A stretch of DNA of 64,000 nt from an uncultured Acidimicrobiaceae bacterium (lineage in GTDB: Bacteria; Actinomycetota; Acidimicrobiia; Acidimicrobiales; RAAP-2). The notes beneath the pieces were generated by a model. That model worked only from the letters and a program-made list of their open reading frames with translations. It did not search any database and was not told the DNA's origin. Each line of letters starts with the position of its first letter. The first letter of the stretch is position 1. Made by a program: the position numbers and the translations under genes. Where the stretch lies: assembly GCA_963753115.1 (NCBI GenBank), contig CAVWBB010000026.1, forward strand, positions 439 through 64,438, given 5' to 3'. Shown piece by piece: positions 26,392-35,071 of this stretch.

Positions 26392-27009
26392 CTATTTGTT
26401 CCCTGCCGCCGCCGTGGCCGTCGACCGGTCGATGACCTTGTCGATGAAGCCGTACTCGCAGGCCTCGTCCGCGGTGAACCAGCGGTCGCGGTCCGAGTCG
26501 GTCTCAATGCGCTCGAGCGGCTGTCCGGTGTGGAAGGCGATCCGCTCGGCCATCATCCGCTTCAGGTAGATGATCTGCTCAGCCTGAATGGCGATGTCAG
26601 CCGCCTGGCCCTGCATGGCCCCGGAGGGCTGGTGCATCAGGATGCGCGAGTGGGGCAGGGCGTAGCGCTTCCCCGGGGCGCCGGCGCAGAGCAGGAACTG
26701 CCCCATGCTGGCGGCCAGGCCGACGCAGATGGTCGAGACGTCGGGCCGGACGTACTGCATGGTGTCGTAGATCGCCAGGCCGTCGGTGACCGACCCGCCC
26801 GGCGAGTTGATGTAGAGCGAGATGTCCTTCTCAGGGTTCTCCGCCTCCAACAGCACCAGCTGCGCACAGACCAGGTTGGCCGTCACCTGGTCGATCGCGC
26901 TTCCGATGAAGACGATGCGCTCTTTGAGCAGCTCTTGGAAGACCCGTCCAGCGGATTCCATTTCGGCCCCTGCGGCCGTGATCCGGGGGGCGTCAGATGC
27001 GTTTGCCAT
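26392..27009 (-). CDS. clpP: ATP-dependent Clp protease proteolytic subunit
   Basis: Ser-His-Asp triad contexts [19 protein letters not shown] and [13 protein letters not shown] 27009. Confidence 0.9.
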   Translation of the reverse strand: MANASDAPRITAAGAEMESAGRVFQELLKERIVFIGSAIDQVTANLVCAQLVLLEAENPEKDISLYINSPGGSVTDGLAIYDTMQYVRPDVSTICVGLAASMGQFLLCAGAPGKRYALPHSRILMHQPSGAMQGQAADIAIQAEQIIYLKRMMAERIAFHTGQPLERIETDSDRDRWFTADEACEYGFIDKVIDRSTATAAAGNK

Positions 27010-27087
27010 GGCAATGAGGCTAGTGGGCGGAGGGGGCACCTGTAGGCACACCGCCGTACACTCCCTGTTCACCCGCATGGCGGGGCC

Positions 27088-27174
<87 letters not shown>

Positions 27175-27213
27175 CCCCAGTCCCCCGGCACCCACCCGGT
27201 AGCTTCGTCCGAC

Positions 27214-28257
27214 GTGCCCCACCTCGTCGCCGCGCCGGACAAATTCCGGGGCACCGCCTCCGCCGCCGAGGTGGCCGCCACCATGGCCGACGCGGCGCGC
27301 ACTGCGGGGTGGACCGCGGACGAGGTGCCGATGTCCGACGGCGGTGAGGGCCTGCTGGTCGCGCTCGGTGGGGCCCGGTACACGACCGTCGTCACGGGGC
27401 CGCTCCGCACTCCGGTGGAGGCCGAGTGGCGCATGCTGGGCACGCCGGACGGCGAGGAGCCTCTGACCGCCGTCGTCGAGATGTCGCGCGCCGCCGGGCG
27501 CGCCCTCCTGCCCCGCCCACGCGGCGAGGACCCGGTGCGCGCCACCACGGCCGGCGTCGGCCAACTCCTCCTCGCCGCCCGCGCTGCGGGGGCGCGCCGC
27601 ATCGTGATCGGGTGTGGCGGGTCGGCCACGACCGATGGGGGCCTGGGCGCCTACGAGGCGGTCGGCGCACCGGCGGCGCTGCAGGACGTGGAGCTGGTCG
27701 TCGCCTGCGACGTGACGACGCGGTTCAACGATGCCGCCAAGGTGTTCGGGCCGCAGAAGGGGGCCACGCCGGCGCAGGTGGTGGCGCTCGGTGCGCGCCT
27801 GGTCGACATCGCCGCCCGTTATCGCCAGGAGACGGGCGTCGACGTCACCGGTGTCCCCGGCGGTGGCGCGGCCGGCGGATTGGCCGGGGCGCTCGTGGCC
27901 CTCGGCGCCCGGATCGAGCCCGGCTTCGACCTCGTCGCCGGGATGGTCGGCCTGCCTCACCGGCTCGAGGGAGCCGATCTCGCCGTGACCGGTGAGGGGC
28001 ACCTCGACCCCCCGTCGTTCGACGGCAAGGTGCCCGGCGGCGTGCTGGCGCTGGCTCGGGCCCGGAGCGCGCAGGGGAACGACCTCCCCGTGCTGTGCAT
28101 CGCCGGCGGCGTCGACGCCTCGCTGCTGGCCCGGCCGCCGCAAGGACTGCAGGTCGTGAGCCTCACCGCCCGCTTCGGCCGCGCCCGGGCCCGGGGGGAG
28201 ACCCTCAGCCTGATCAACCTGGTCACCGCAGAGGCATTGGCCCGGTTTTGCCCCTGA
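27214..28257 (+). CDS. glycerate kinase
   Basis: N-terminal VAAPDKFRGTASAAEVA...MSDGGEGL and C-terminal VTGEGHLDPPSFDGKVPGGV are typical of the GlxK/GarK family. Start at GTG 27214. Confidence 0.85.
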   Translation: MPHLVAAPDKFRGTASAAEVAATMADAARTAGWTADEVPMSDGGEGLLVALGGARYTTVVTGPLRTPVEAEWRMLGTPDGEEPLTAVVEMSRAAGRALLPRPRGEDPVRATTAGVGQLLLAARAAGARRIVIGCGGSATTDGGLGAYEAVGAPAALQDVELVVACDVTTRFNDAAKVFGPQKGATPAQVVALGARLVDIAARYRQETGVDVTGVPGGGAAGGLAGALVALGARIEPGFDLVAGMVGLPHRLEGADLAVTGEGHLDPPSFDGKVPGGVLALARARSAQGNDLPVLCIAGGVDASLLARPPQGLQVVSLTARFGRARARGETLSLINLVTAEALARFCP

Positions 28258-28372
28258 ACGGGCCTATCGGGCACACTGCTGGCGCGCTGCGGCGGCGACC
28301 GACCCCGCCCGCCGGCTCTCCCCCTCCGGGACGATCGGCTCGGCGCGTTGACCGATACAGGGAGGCATCACC

Positions 28373-29284
28373 ATGGGACTGCTCGACGGCAAGGTGGCGG
28401 TCGTCACCGGCGCAGGACGAGGCATCGGGCGCGAAGAGGCCCTGGTGCTCGCCGGGGAGGGCGCCCGAGTCATCGTCAACGACGTCGGAGCCGGGTTGCA
28501 CGGCGAGGGCTCACAGGATGCGCATCCGGCCGAAGAGGTCGTGGCACTGATCAAGGAGCGGGGCGGGGACGCCGCGGTCAACGGCGACGACATCAGCTCG
28601 TGGGCGGGCGGCAAGAACGTCGTGGACCAGGCGATCGACACGTTCGGCTCCCTCGACATCCTCGTCAACAACGCCGGGATCCTGCGGGACAAGATGTCCT
28701 TCAACATGGACGAGTCGGACTGGGACGACGTGATCCGGGTCCACCTCAAGGGCCACTTCGCCGCCACCCACCACGCTGCCGTCTACTGGCGCAACCGGGC
28801 CAAATCGGGCGAGGACGTCACCGGCCGCATCATCAACACCTCGTCGGAGGCCGGGCTCTACGGCAACGCGGGGCAGGCCAACTATGCCGCGGCCAAGGCG
28901 GGCATTGCGGCGCTCACCTGGGTGGAAGCCCGCGAGCTCGGCCGCTACGGCGTCACCTCGAACGCCATTGCGCCCCGCGCCCGCACCCGCATGACCGAGA
29001 CCATCTTCGGTGGCGACGGCATGAGCGCGGGCGAAGGCGGCTTCGACGCCTGGGATCCCAAGAACATCGCCAACGTGGTCGGATTCCTGGCGGCGCCGGC
29101 GGCCGCCGACATCACCGGGCAGATCTTCGTCGTGTTCGGCGGCAACATCTACGCCATGAGCGCGTTCAAGCCCATCGGCCAGCTGACCCGCGACGCCGAG
29201 TGGTCACCGGAGGAATTGCTCGCCGCCAAGGGGGATCTCTTCAAGGGCGTCAGCTCGGGAGTGCCCGACTTCAGCTTCCTGTAG
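28373..29284 (+). CDS. SDR-family oxidoreductase
   Basis: TGAGRGIG cofactor motif, NNAG, and catalytic YAAAKAG. Confidence 0.85.
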   Translation: MGLLDGKVAVVTGAGRGIGREEALVLAGEGARVIVNDVGAGLHGEGSQDAHPAEEVVALIKERGGDAAVNGDDISSWAGGKNVVDQAIDTFGSLDILVNNAGILRDKMSFNMDESDWDDVIRVHLKGHFAATHHAAVYWRNRAKSGEDVTGRIINTSSEAGLYGNAGQANYAAAKAGIAALTWVEARELGRYGVTSNAIAPRARTRMTETIFGGDGMSAGEGGFDAWDPKNIANVVGFLAAPAAADITGQIFVVFGGNIYAMSAFKPIGQLTRDAEWSPEELLAAKGDLFKGVSSGVPDFSFL

Positions 29285-29363
29285 ACGGGCGGAGGGCCTG
29301 TCGACAGGCCCAGCCGGTGCGGCGCCCGTGACGGGGTGACGCGTTCTGCGGCAGCATGTCGGG

Positions 29364-30311
29364 ATGGCACACGACCGCAAATTCCGTTTCGCCGCGCAGC
29401 TGAGCAAGGCGCCGGACGGCTCCGCCCGCTCGTGGGCCGCGCAGGCGCGCAAGGCTGAGGACCTGGGCTACAGCGCTTTGCTCATGCCCGACCACTTCGG
29501 GGATCAGCTGGCCCCCGTCCCCGCCCTGGCGGCGGTGGCGGCCGCCACGACCACACTGCGGATGGGCTCGCTGGTCTTCGGCAACGACTACCGCCACCCC
29601 TTCGTCCTGGCCAAGGAGGCGGCGACTCTCGACGTGCTGAGCGACGGCCGCTTCGAAATGAGCCTGGGCGCCGGCTGGATGCGCACCGACTACGACGAGG
29701 CCGGGTTGGCCTACGACCACCCGGCCGTGCGTGTGGCGCGTTTCGAGGAGGCGGTCAAGGTGGTCCAGGGTCTCTTGCGCACCGACGGGCCGTTCAACTT
29801 CCATGGCGAGCACTACGAGGTGCTGGGCCATTCCCTCACTCCCCGCCCCGTGCAGCGGCCGGGGCCGCCCCTCATCATCGGCGGCGGCGGCAAGCGTGTC
29901 CTGTCCTTCGCCGCCCGTCACGCCGACATCGTCAGCATCAACGTCAACCTGCGCGACGGCACCGGGGGCGCGGAGACGGCCGCCGACGCCACGCCCGACC
30001 GCACCCGCACGAAGGTCGCCTGGGTCAAGGAGGCGGCCGGCGACCGTTTCGCCGAGCTCGAGCTCAACTCCCTCATCGGCTTCGTGCTGGTGACCGATGA
30101 CGCGCAGAGCCTGGCGGGCCAGATGGCGCCGGCCTTCGGCATCGACACGGCCGACGCGCTGCACGTGCCGCTGGCGCTGGTGGGGACCCTCGACGAGATG
30201 GCCGAGGAGCTCCAGTGGCGGCGGGCCGAGTACGGGATTTCGTACTGGTCGATCGAATCCGATGCCTGGGAGACCCTCGCCCCGGTGGTGGCAAAGCTGG
30301 CCGGCACATGA
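29364..30311 (+). CDS. luciferase-like monooxygenase (LLM) class, probably F420-dependent oxidoreductase
   Basis: LLMPDHF...LGAGW...GGGGKRVL layout is typical of actinobacterial LLM/F420 enzymes. Confidence 0.8.
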   Translation: MAHDRKFRFAAQLSKAPDGSARSWAAQARKAEDLGYSALLMPDHFGDQLAPVPALAAVAAATTTLRMGSLVFGNDYRHPFVLAKEAATLDVLSDGRFEMSLGAGWMRTDYDEAGLAYDHPAVRVARFEEAVKVVQGLLRTDGPFNFHGEHYEVLGHSLTPRPVQRPGPPLIIGGGGKRVLSFAARHADIVSINVNLRDGTGGAETAADATPDRTRTKVAWVKEAAGDRFAELELNSLIGFVLVTDDAQSLAGQMAPAFGIDTADALHVPLALVGTLDEMAEELQWRRAEYGISYWSIESDAWETLAPVVAKLAGT

Positions 30312-31201
30312 TCACCACGAGCCGCGGGTGGGAGGACATCGGCACGTACCGTGTGCTCGCCGGCGAGCGCGTCTTCACCATTGACGCGCCGCCCATCGGG
30401 CCCGAGGAGCACGCGCCCCTGTTGATTCTGCACGGCTTCCCCACGTCGTCGTTCGACTACACCGCCGTGCTCGACGGGCTCCGCGCCAGGCGACGCGTCC
30501 TCCTGCTCGACCTTCTCGGCTACGGGTTGTCCGCCAAGCCCGACCGGCCGTACTCCATGGCGTTGCAGGCCGACCTCGCGGCCGCCTACGTGGCCGAGCT
30601 CGGGGTGGCGCGCGTGGCGCTGCTGACACACGACATGGGCGACACGGTCGGCGGCGAGCTGTTGGCCCGGCGAGCCGAGGGATCCTGGCCGGTGGAGGTC
30701 ACCCAGCGCGTCGTCACGAACGGCAGCATCTACATCGCCCAGGCGCACCTGACCAACGGACAGCAGATGCTTCTGGGGCTGCCCGACGAGGAGCTGCCGG
30801 CGGGGATCCCGATCGACGCCGCCTCGCTCACCCAGAGCCTGCGGGAGACGTTCAGTGCGCAGACGCCGCTCGTCCCACCGGGCTGGACCGAGGACCCCGT
30901 GCCCGCGTCGGCGGCGCAGATCGTGCACCACGACGGCCATCGCATGCTGCCGCGGTTGATCCGGTACATCGAGGAGCGGCGGGCCAACGAGCGGCGCTTC
31001 ACCGGCGCCATCGAGACCGACCCCTCGCCGCTGCACATCGTGTGGGGCCTCGACGACCCGATCGCTGTGCCCTCCATGGTCGACACGCTCCTGGCGGCCC
31101 GGCCCGACGCCACCGCCACGAGGCTCGACGGGGTCGGCCACTACCCAATGGTCGAGGCACCGCAGCGCTTCCTCGACGCGGTGCTGCCCGGGCTGACGTA
31201 G
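30308..31201 (+). CDS. alpha/beta-fold hydrolase
   Basis: HGFPTSSFDY and nucleophile-elbow-like THDMGDTVG. The ATG overlaps the upstream stop (ATGA). Confidence 0.8.
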   Translation: MITTSRGWEDIGTYRVLAGERVFTIDAPPIGPEEHAPLLILHGFPTSSFDYTAVLDGLRARRRVLLLDLLGYGLSAKPDRPYSMALQADLAAAYVAELGVARVALLTHDMGDTVGGELLARRAEGSWPVEVTQRVVTNGSIYIAQAHLTNGQQMLLGLPDEELPAGIPIDAASLTQSLRETFSAQTPLVPPGWTEDPVPASAAQIVHHDGHRMLPRLIRYIEERRANERRFTGAIETDPSPLHIVWGLDDPIAVPSMVDTLLAARPDATATRLDGVGHYPMVEAPQRFLDAVLPGLT

Positions 31202-31244
31202 CCAGGGCACCGAGGAAACCGGGATCGTCCCCTAACCTGACGGC

Positions 31245-32078
31245 GTGCCGGGCCGCCGCCGACCTCCGAACCGCTACGAGCTCTTGACCTGCGCCTGGTC
31301 AGGCCATGTCCTCGTCGGTACGGACGCCGCCACCGTCACGCCCGACGACGCGCTGGTTGTCTACGAGGACGGACCGGTGCGCTGGCACCGTTGCCTGCGC
31401 TGCGACGGCTGGCAGCAGAAGGCGCGACCGGAACACCCGGCGCGGGAGCGGGTCGAGCAGCGGGACGAGATCGAACTGCCACTGCGCGGCGCCGCCCTCC
31501 GCGACCGCTACGTCCTGCGCCTCATTGCCACCGACCGCGCCATCCATGTCGTTGTGCTCATCGGGCTGTCCATCGCGCTGTTCACCTTCGCCGCCCACGA
31601 CCAAGCCCTCCATCACGACTACCAGAACATCATGAACGATCTGGCGGGTGGGACCCCCGGTGCGTCCCAGGCGCGCGGCCTCCTGGGCTACCTCGGCCGG
31701 GCCTTCAAGTATTCGCCGACACACCTGCGCATCCTGGCCTTCGTGCTCCTCGCCTTCGCCGCGCTCGAGGGGACCGAGATGGTGGGCCTCTGGCTCAACA
31801 AGCGCTGGGCCGAGTACCTCACGTTCATCGCCACCACGGCCCTGGTCCCCTATGAGGTCTACGAGCTGACGAACGGCGTCAGCGCCTTCAAGCTCATCGC
31901 GCTCGTCATCAACCTGGCCGTGGTGATCTACCTGCTGCTGGCCAAGCGGCTCTTCGGGCTGCGCGGTGGCCATGCAGCCGAGCACGCCCGGCGGGAGTAC
32001 ACCAGCGGCTGGGCCGCCGTCGAGCGGGCGACACCCGGCCGGCCCGGCGCATCGGTTACGCCGGCGCCATCACCTTGA
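31245..32078 (+). CDS. DUF2127-type membrane protein
   Basis: YELLTCAWSGHVLVG N-terminus, then LRLIATDRAIHVV and WAEYLTFIATTALVPYEVYEL helices as remembered for DUF2127. Confidence 0.65.
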   Translation: MPGRRRPPNRYELLTCAWSGHVLVGTDAATVTPDDALVVYEDGPVRWHRCLRCDGWQQKARPEHPARERVEQRDEIELPLRGAALRDRYVLRLIATDRAIHVVVLIGLSIALFTFAAHDQALHHDYQNIMNDLAGGTPGASQARGLLGYLGRAFKYSPTHLRILAFVLLAFAALEGTEMVGLWLNKRWAEYLTFIATTALVPYEVYELTNGVSAFKLIALVINLAVVIYLLLAKRLFGLRGGHAAEHARREYTSGWAAVERATPGRPGASVTPAPSP

Positions 32079-33705
32079 GAGAGCGCTGCTCCTCGGGCAG
32101 GCTGGCATAGAGGTCGGCCACCAGGTCGTCGCGCTGGGCCCGCCGGGACGGGTCGTCCCACAGGTTGTCGAACTGGTAGGGGTCGGCGTCGACGTTGTAC
32201 AGCTCCCCCGTGGCGATCGCCACGCCGCCCGGTCCGGTCCCCGACTGCTCGTAGACGACGGGGCAGGGCTGCAGGACGCTCTCACCCCAGACCTCCTCCA
32301 ACCCGTTGGGCTGCCCGGCGGTCGACGGCTCGTAGACCGTGCACAGCCATCCATCGCGGTAGACCGAGCGCAGGTGCATGCCGTAGCCCGGGAACTGGCT
32401 GTCCCATTCGCACAGGGCGCGCTCGCGCCCGGCCTCGCCGTCGGCGCGCGGGAGGGCGTGGCCCTGCATCCAGGGCGCCGGGTCGATGCCGGCGATGGCG
32501 CAGAACGTCGGCGCCAGGTCGACCTGCCCCACCGGATCACTGACCACCGCCGGGCCGATGCCGGCGGAGGGCGCCGGCCGCCACACGAAGGGCAGCCGCA
32601 TCAACGCGTCGGTGTGGTACGGCCCTTTGTAGAGGAGGCCGAAGTCGCCCTGCATCTCGCCGTGGTCCGTGGTGAAGATGACGTCGGTGTCGGCCAGCCA
32701 ACCCCGCTGCGCGACGGTCTGCAGCACGCGGCCGCACGCCTCGTCGATGAGCTCGTTCATCACGTGCACCTTGGCGTTGACCTCTCGGATCTGGTCGTTC
32801 GTGAGCGCCGAGGGGACGAACGATGCCGGCCCGCCCTCCATGTTGGAGAAGCGGCCGTCCCAATAGGCGAGCCAGTGTGCAGGCTTGCGCGCCAGCACGG
32901 CGCGGATGGCGTCGTCGGAGCCGGGGTGCCCCGGTGGCAGGTCGAGGTCGCGCCACGGGACGCGGTCGAGCTCGGATGCCGGTGGGTCCCACGGATGGTG
33001 CGGGTCGGGGAAGGACATCCAGCAGAACCACGGTTCGTCGGCGCCGAGCGAGTTCAGCCAGTCGACCGTCAGGTCGGCCACCCAGTCGGTGTGGTACCAC
33101 TCCGCGGTATCGGGTTGTTCTTCGTCTCGGGGGCCGCCGTGTCCCCGCCCGGCTCGGCCTGGAGCAGGCCGGCAAAGCTGTGCAGGTGCTCGGGGTGGTT
33201 CGCCTTGAGCCACCGCCCGTAGTGGGCGATGGGATGGTTGCCCCAGGCGGCCGCGTGCATGGCCTGCTCGGCCCGCTCGAAGCCGCGCCAGGGACCGGTG
33301 TCGCCCCGGGCGACGCGGGCATTCTCCTCCCACTGGTTCGTCGGGTCGAAGCCCGGCTCGAAGTGGGCCTTGCCCAACAACGCGGTGCGGTAGCCCGCCG
33401 CGTCGTGCAGGTACTGCGCCACCGAGGGCGCGTCGACCGGAAGGGGTATCCCGTTGGCCACCACGCCGTGGGTCCGGACGTACTGGCCCGTGAGCATGGT
33501 CGAGCGCGCCGGCATGCAGACCGTGTTCTGGTTGTAGGCCCGGCGGAAGTTGATGCCCTCGGCGGCCAGGCGATCGACGACCGGCGTCCTGCGCCACCGT
33601 GCCTCCGTTGCAGCCGAGACTGTCGTATCGCTGCTGATCGGTCGTGATGAAGAGGATGTTGCGGCGACGGGGGGCCTCCCCCGGGGCAGCCTCAGGCATC
33701 GGCAC
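32056..33705 (-). pseudogene. sulfatase (formylglycine-dependent family) with two compensating frameshifts
   Basis: The N-terminus NILFITTDQQRYDSLGCNGG and the C-terminal two-thirds are in one frame. The segment carrying TPVVDRLAAEGINFRRAYNQNTVCMPARSTMLTGQ...GKAHFEPGF is in another frame (track ORF 33069-33710). Switches occur near 33590 and 33103. Confidence 0.75.
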
Positions 33706-33800
33706 ACCATTCGTTCGCTGCGGCGGTCGTCACTGTTCGCTCCCTCTCCCGGTCTCCCCGGGGTGCCTGCGCACCCCTCATCGTTGCGGCTCCCACCTTC

Positions 33801-34468
33801 TCACTCGGCGCGCAGCATGCGGTGCAGGTCGAGCTCGAGCTCCTCCATGAGTTCGGTCAGGAGTCCCAGGCGCTCCCGGGCGCTCGCGGCCGAAAGCAAC
33901 CGCTGGGCGTCGTAGGCGTTGAGCGGGGCGGCCGCGCAGAGGTGCCACGAGGCCACCTCGGTGTCGCCGCCGCCCTGGAGGTCGAGCTCGGCCGGCAGCG
34001 GCGGTGCGCCACCCTGCTCGGCCAGGAGCGCGCGGGCCCGACGGACCCGCTGCCCGGCCGCGTGCACCAGCGGCGCCGCCTCACCCGAGCTCGAGCCGGG
34101 ACCGCGCTCGAGCCGGGACCCGGGCCCAGCCCGGGCTCGGCGTCGCGCACGAGCGCCACCGGATAGGGGTCGTCGGGGAGCCACTCCTCGACCACGATCC
34201 GTGCCTCCCCCGCCACCTGCAGGACCCAGCGCCCGTCGGGCAACTCGGACGCCTCGGTGATGACGCCCCGTGTGCCCAGGGTGCTGCGCTGGTCGCCGCC
34301 TCCGACCTCGGATCCCCGCTCAATCAGGACGATGCCGAACCGGGCGTCGCCAGCCAGGCAGTCGCGCATGAGCTCCCGGTAGCGCGGCTCGAAGACGTGC
34401 AGCGGCATGGACGCATGCGGGAACAGCACCGCCGAGAGTGGGAACATCGGAAGGCGCGTCCCGGGCAT
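33801..34468 (-). pseudogene. Lon N-terminal (LON substrate-binding) domain protein disrupted by a 17-bp tandem duplication
   Basis: N-terminal RLPMFPLSAVLFPHASMPLHVFEPRYRELM is a classic LON-domain start. The C-terminal half continues in the frame of track ORF 33801-34184. Removing one 17-nt copy restores a 216-aa ORF. Confidence 0.75.
34088..34121. repeat. 17-bp tandem duplication (GCTCGAGCCGGGACC + 2 nt, twice)
   Basis: 34088-34102 and 34105-34119 are identical 15-mers with a period of 17, read directly from the sequence. Confidence 0.95.
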
Positions 34469-34515
34469 GCCCCACCATGGCACGCTCGCAACGCGTTCCG
34501 CACGGCCGCCAGACC

Positions 34516-34571
34516 GGTGACAGGTGGCACGTGACGGGTGACGGGTGGCAGGTGACGGGCGACGGCTGACG
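34516..34571. repeat. degenerate heptanucleotide tandem array, 8 units (GGTGACG-like)
   Basis: The units are GGTGACA GGTGGCA CGTGACG GGTGACG GGTGGCA GGTGACG GGCGACG GCTGACG. The array lies 48-103 nt upstream of the Lon-N gene start. Confidence 0.85.
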
Positions 34572-35071
34572 CGAGAAGGACCGGCCACTGTGGGCCGGCC
34601 CTCACTCGTCTTAGTGCTTCTTGTTAGTGGTTCATAATTTCTGTCTGTAGTCCGCGGCTCCGGCCTGCGGCGCAGTGGGTGCGGGGGCCGCCTTGTCGGC
34701 CGGCCGGCACACGCACCGGCGCGATCGCGGCCTCATTCATACGCCGGACCTCACGCCAAGCGAACTACTCGGAGGCGCCACCGAAGCCGACATCGGTGAC
34801 GCAACCTCAACCCGGCGGATCGGCCTCCTCGGTCGAGCCTGTCGATTGCATCGGCAGCTCCTTTCCCACTTGGGGCAACTGCGGGTGCTCCGGTTGCCAC
34901 TCGCTGCCTTCAGTATCCACCTCGGTGGGTGCCGTGTGAACCCCATGCGAACTGGTCATTCGCGAAGGCGCAGGTGGAGAGCACCTCCGTCACGCGAACT
35001 TCACATCGCCGTGATCTGACGGCCCCCACGCCGCCAAAGGCGTCGGCGTCGCGTTCACCTACGCTCTGGCC

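Noticed and set aside
33098-33592. Programmed ribosomal frameshifting or recoding as an explanation for the sulfatase two-frame structure
   Set aside because: I saw no slippery heptamer or downstream structure at either switch. Two opposite-sign shifts 490 nt apart have no precedent I know of. Mutation or assembly error is more parsimonious.
34679-34939. 86-aa ORF ending in a Cys/Ser/Thr-rich tail (CIGSSFPTWGNCGCSGCHSLPSVSTSVGAV), considered as a lanthipeptide-like precursor
   Set aside because: There is no lanthipeptide synthetase, cyclase or transporter in the vicinity. GC3 is only about 75% and equal to an alternative frame, and it has no RBS. It is kept only as part of the unexplained non-coding-region finding.
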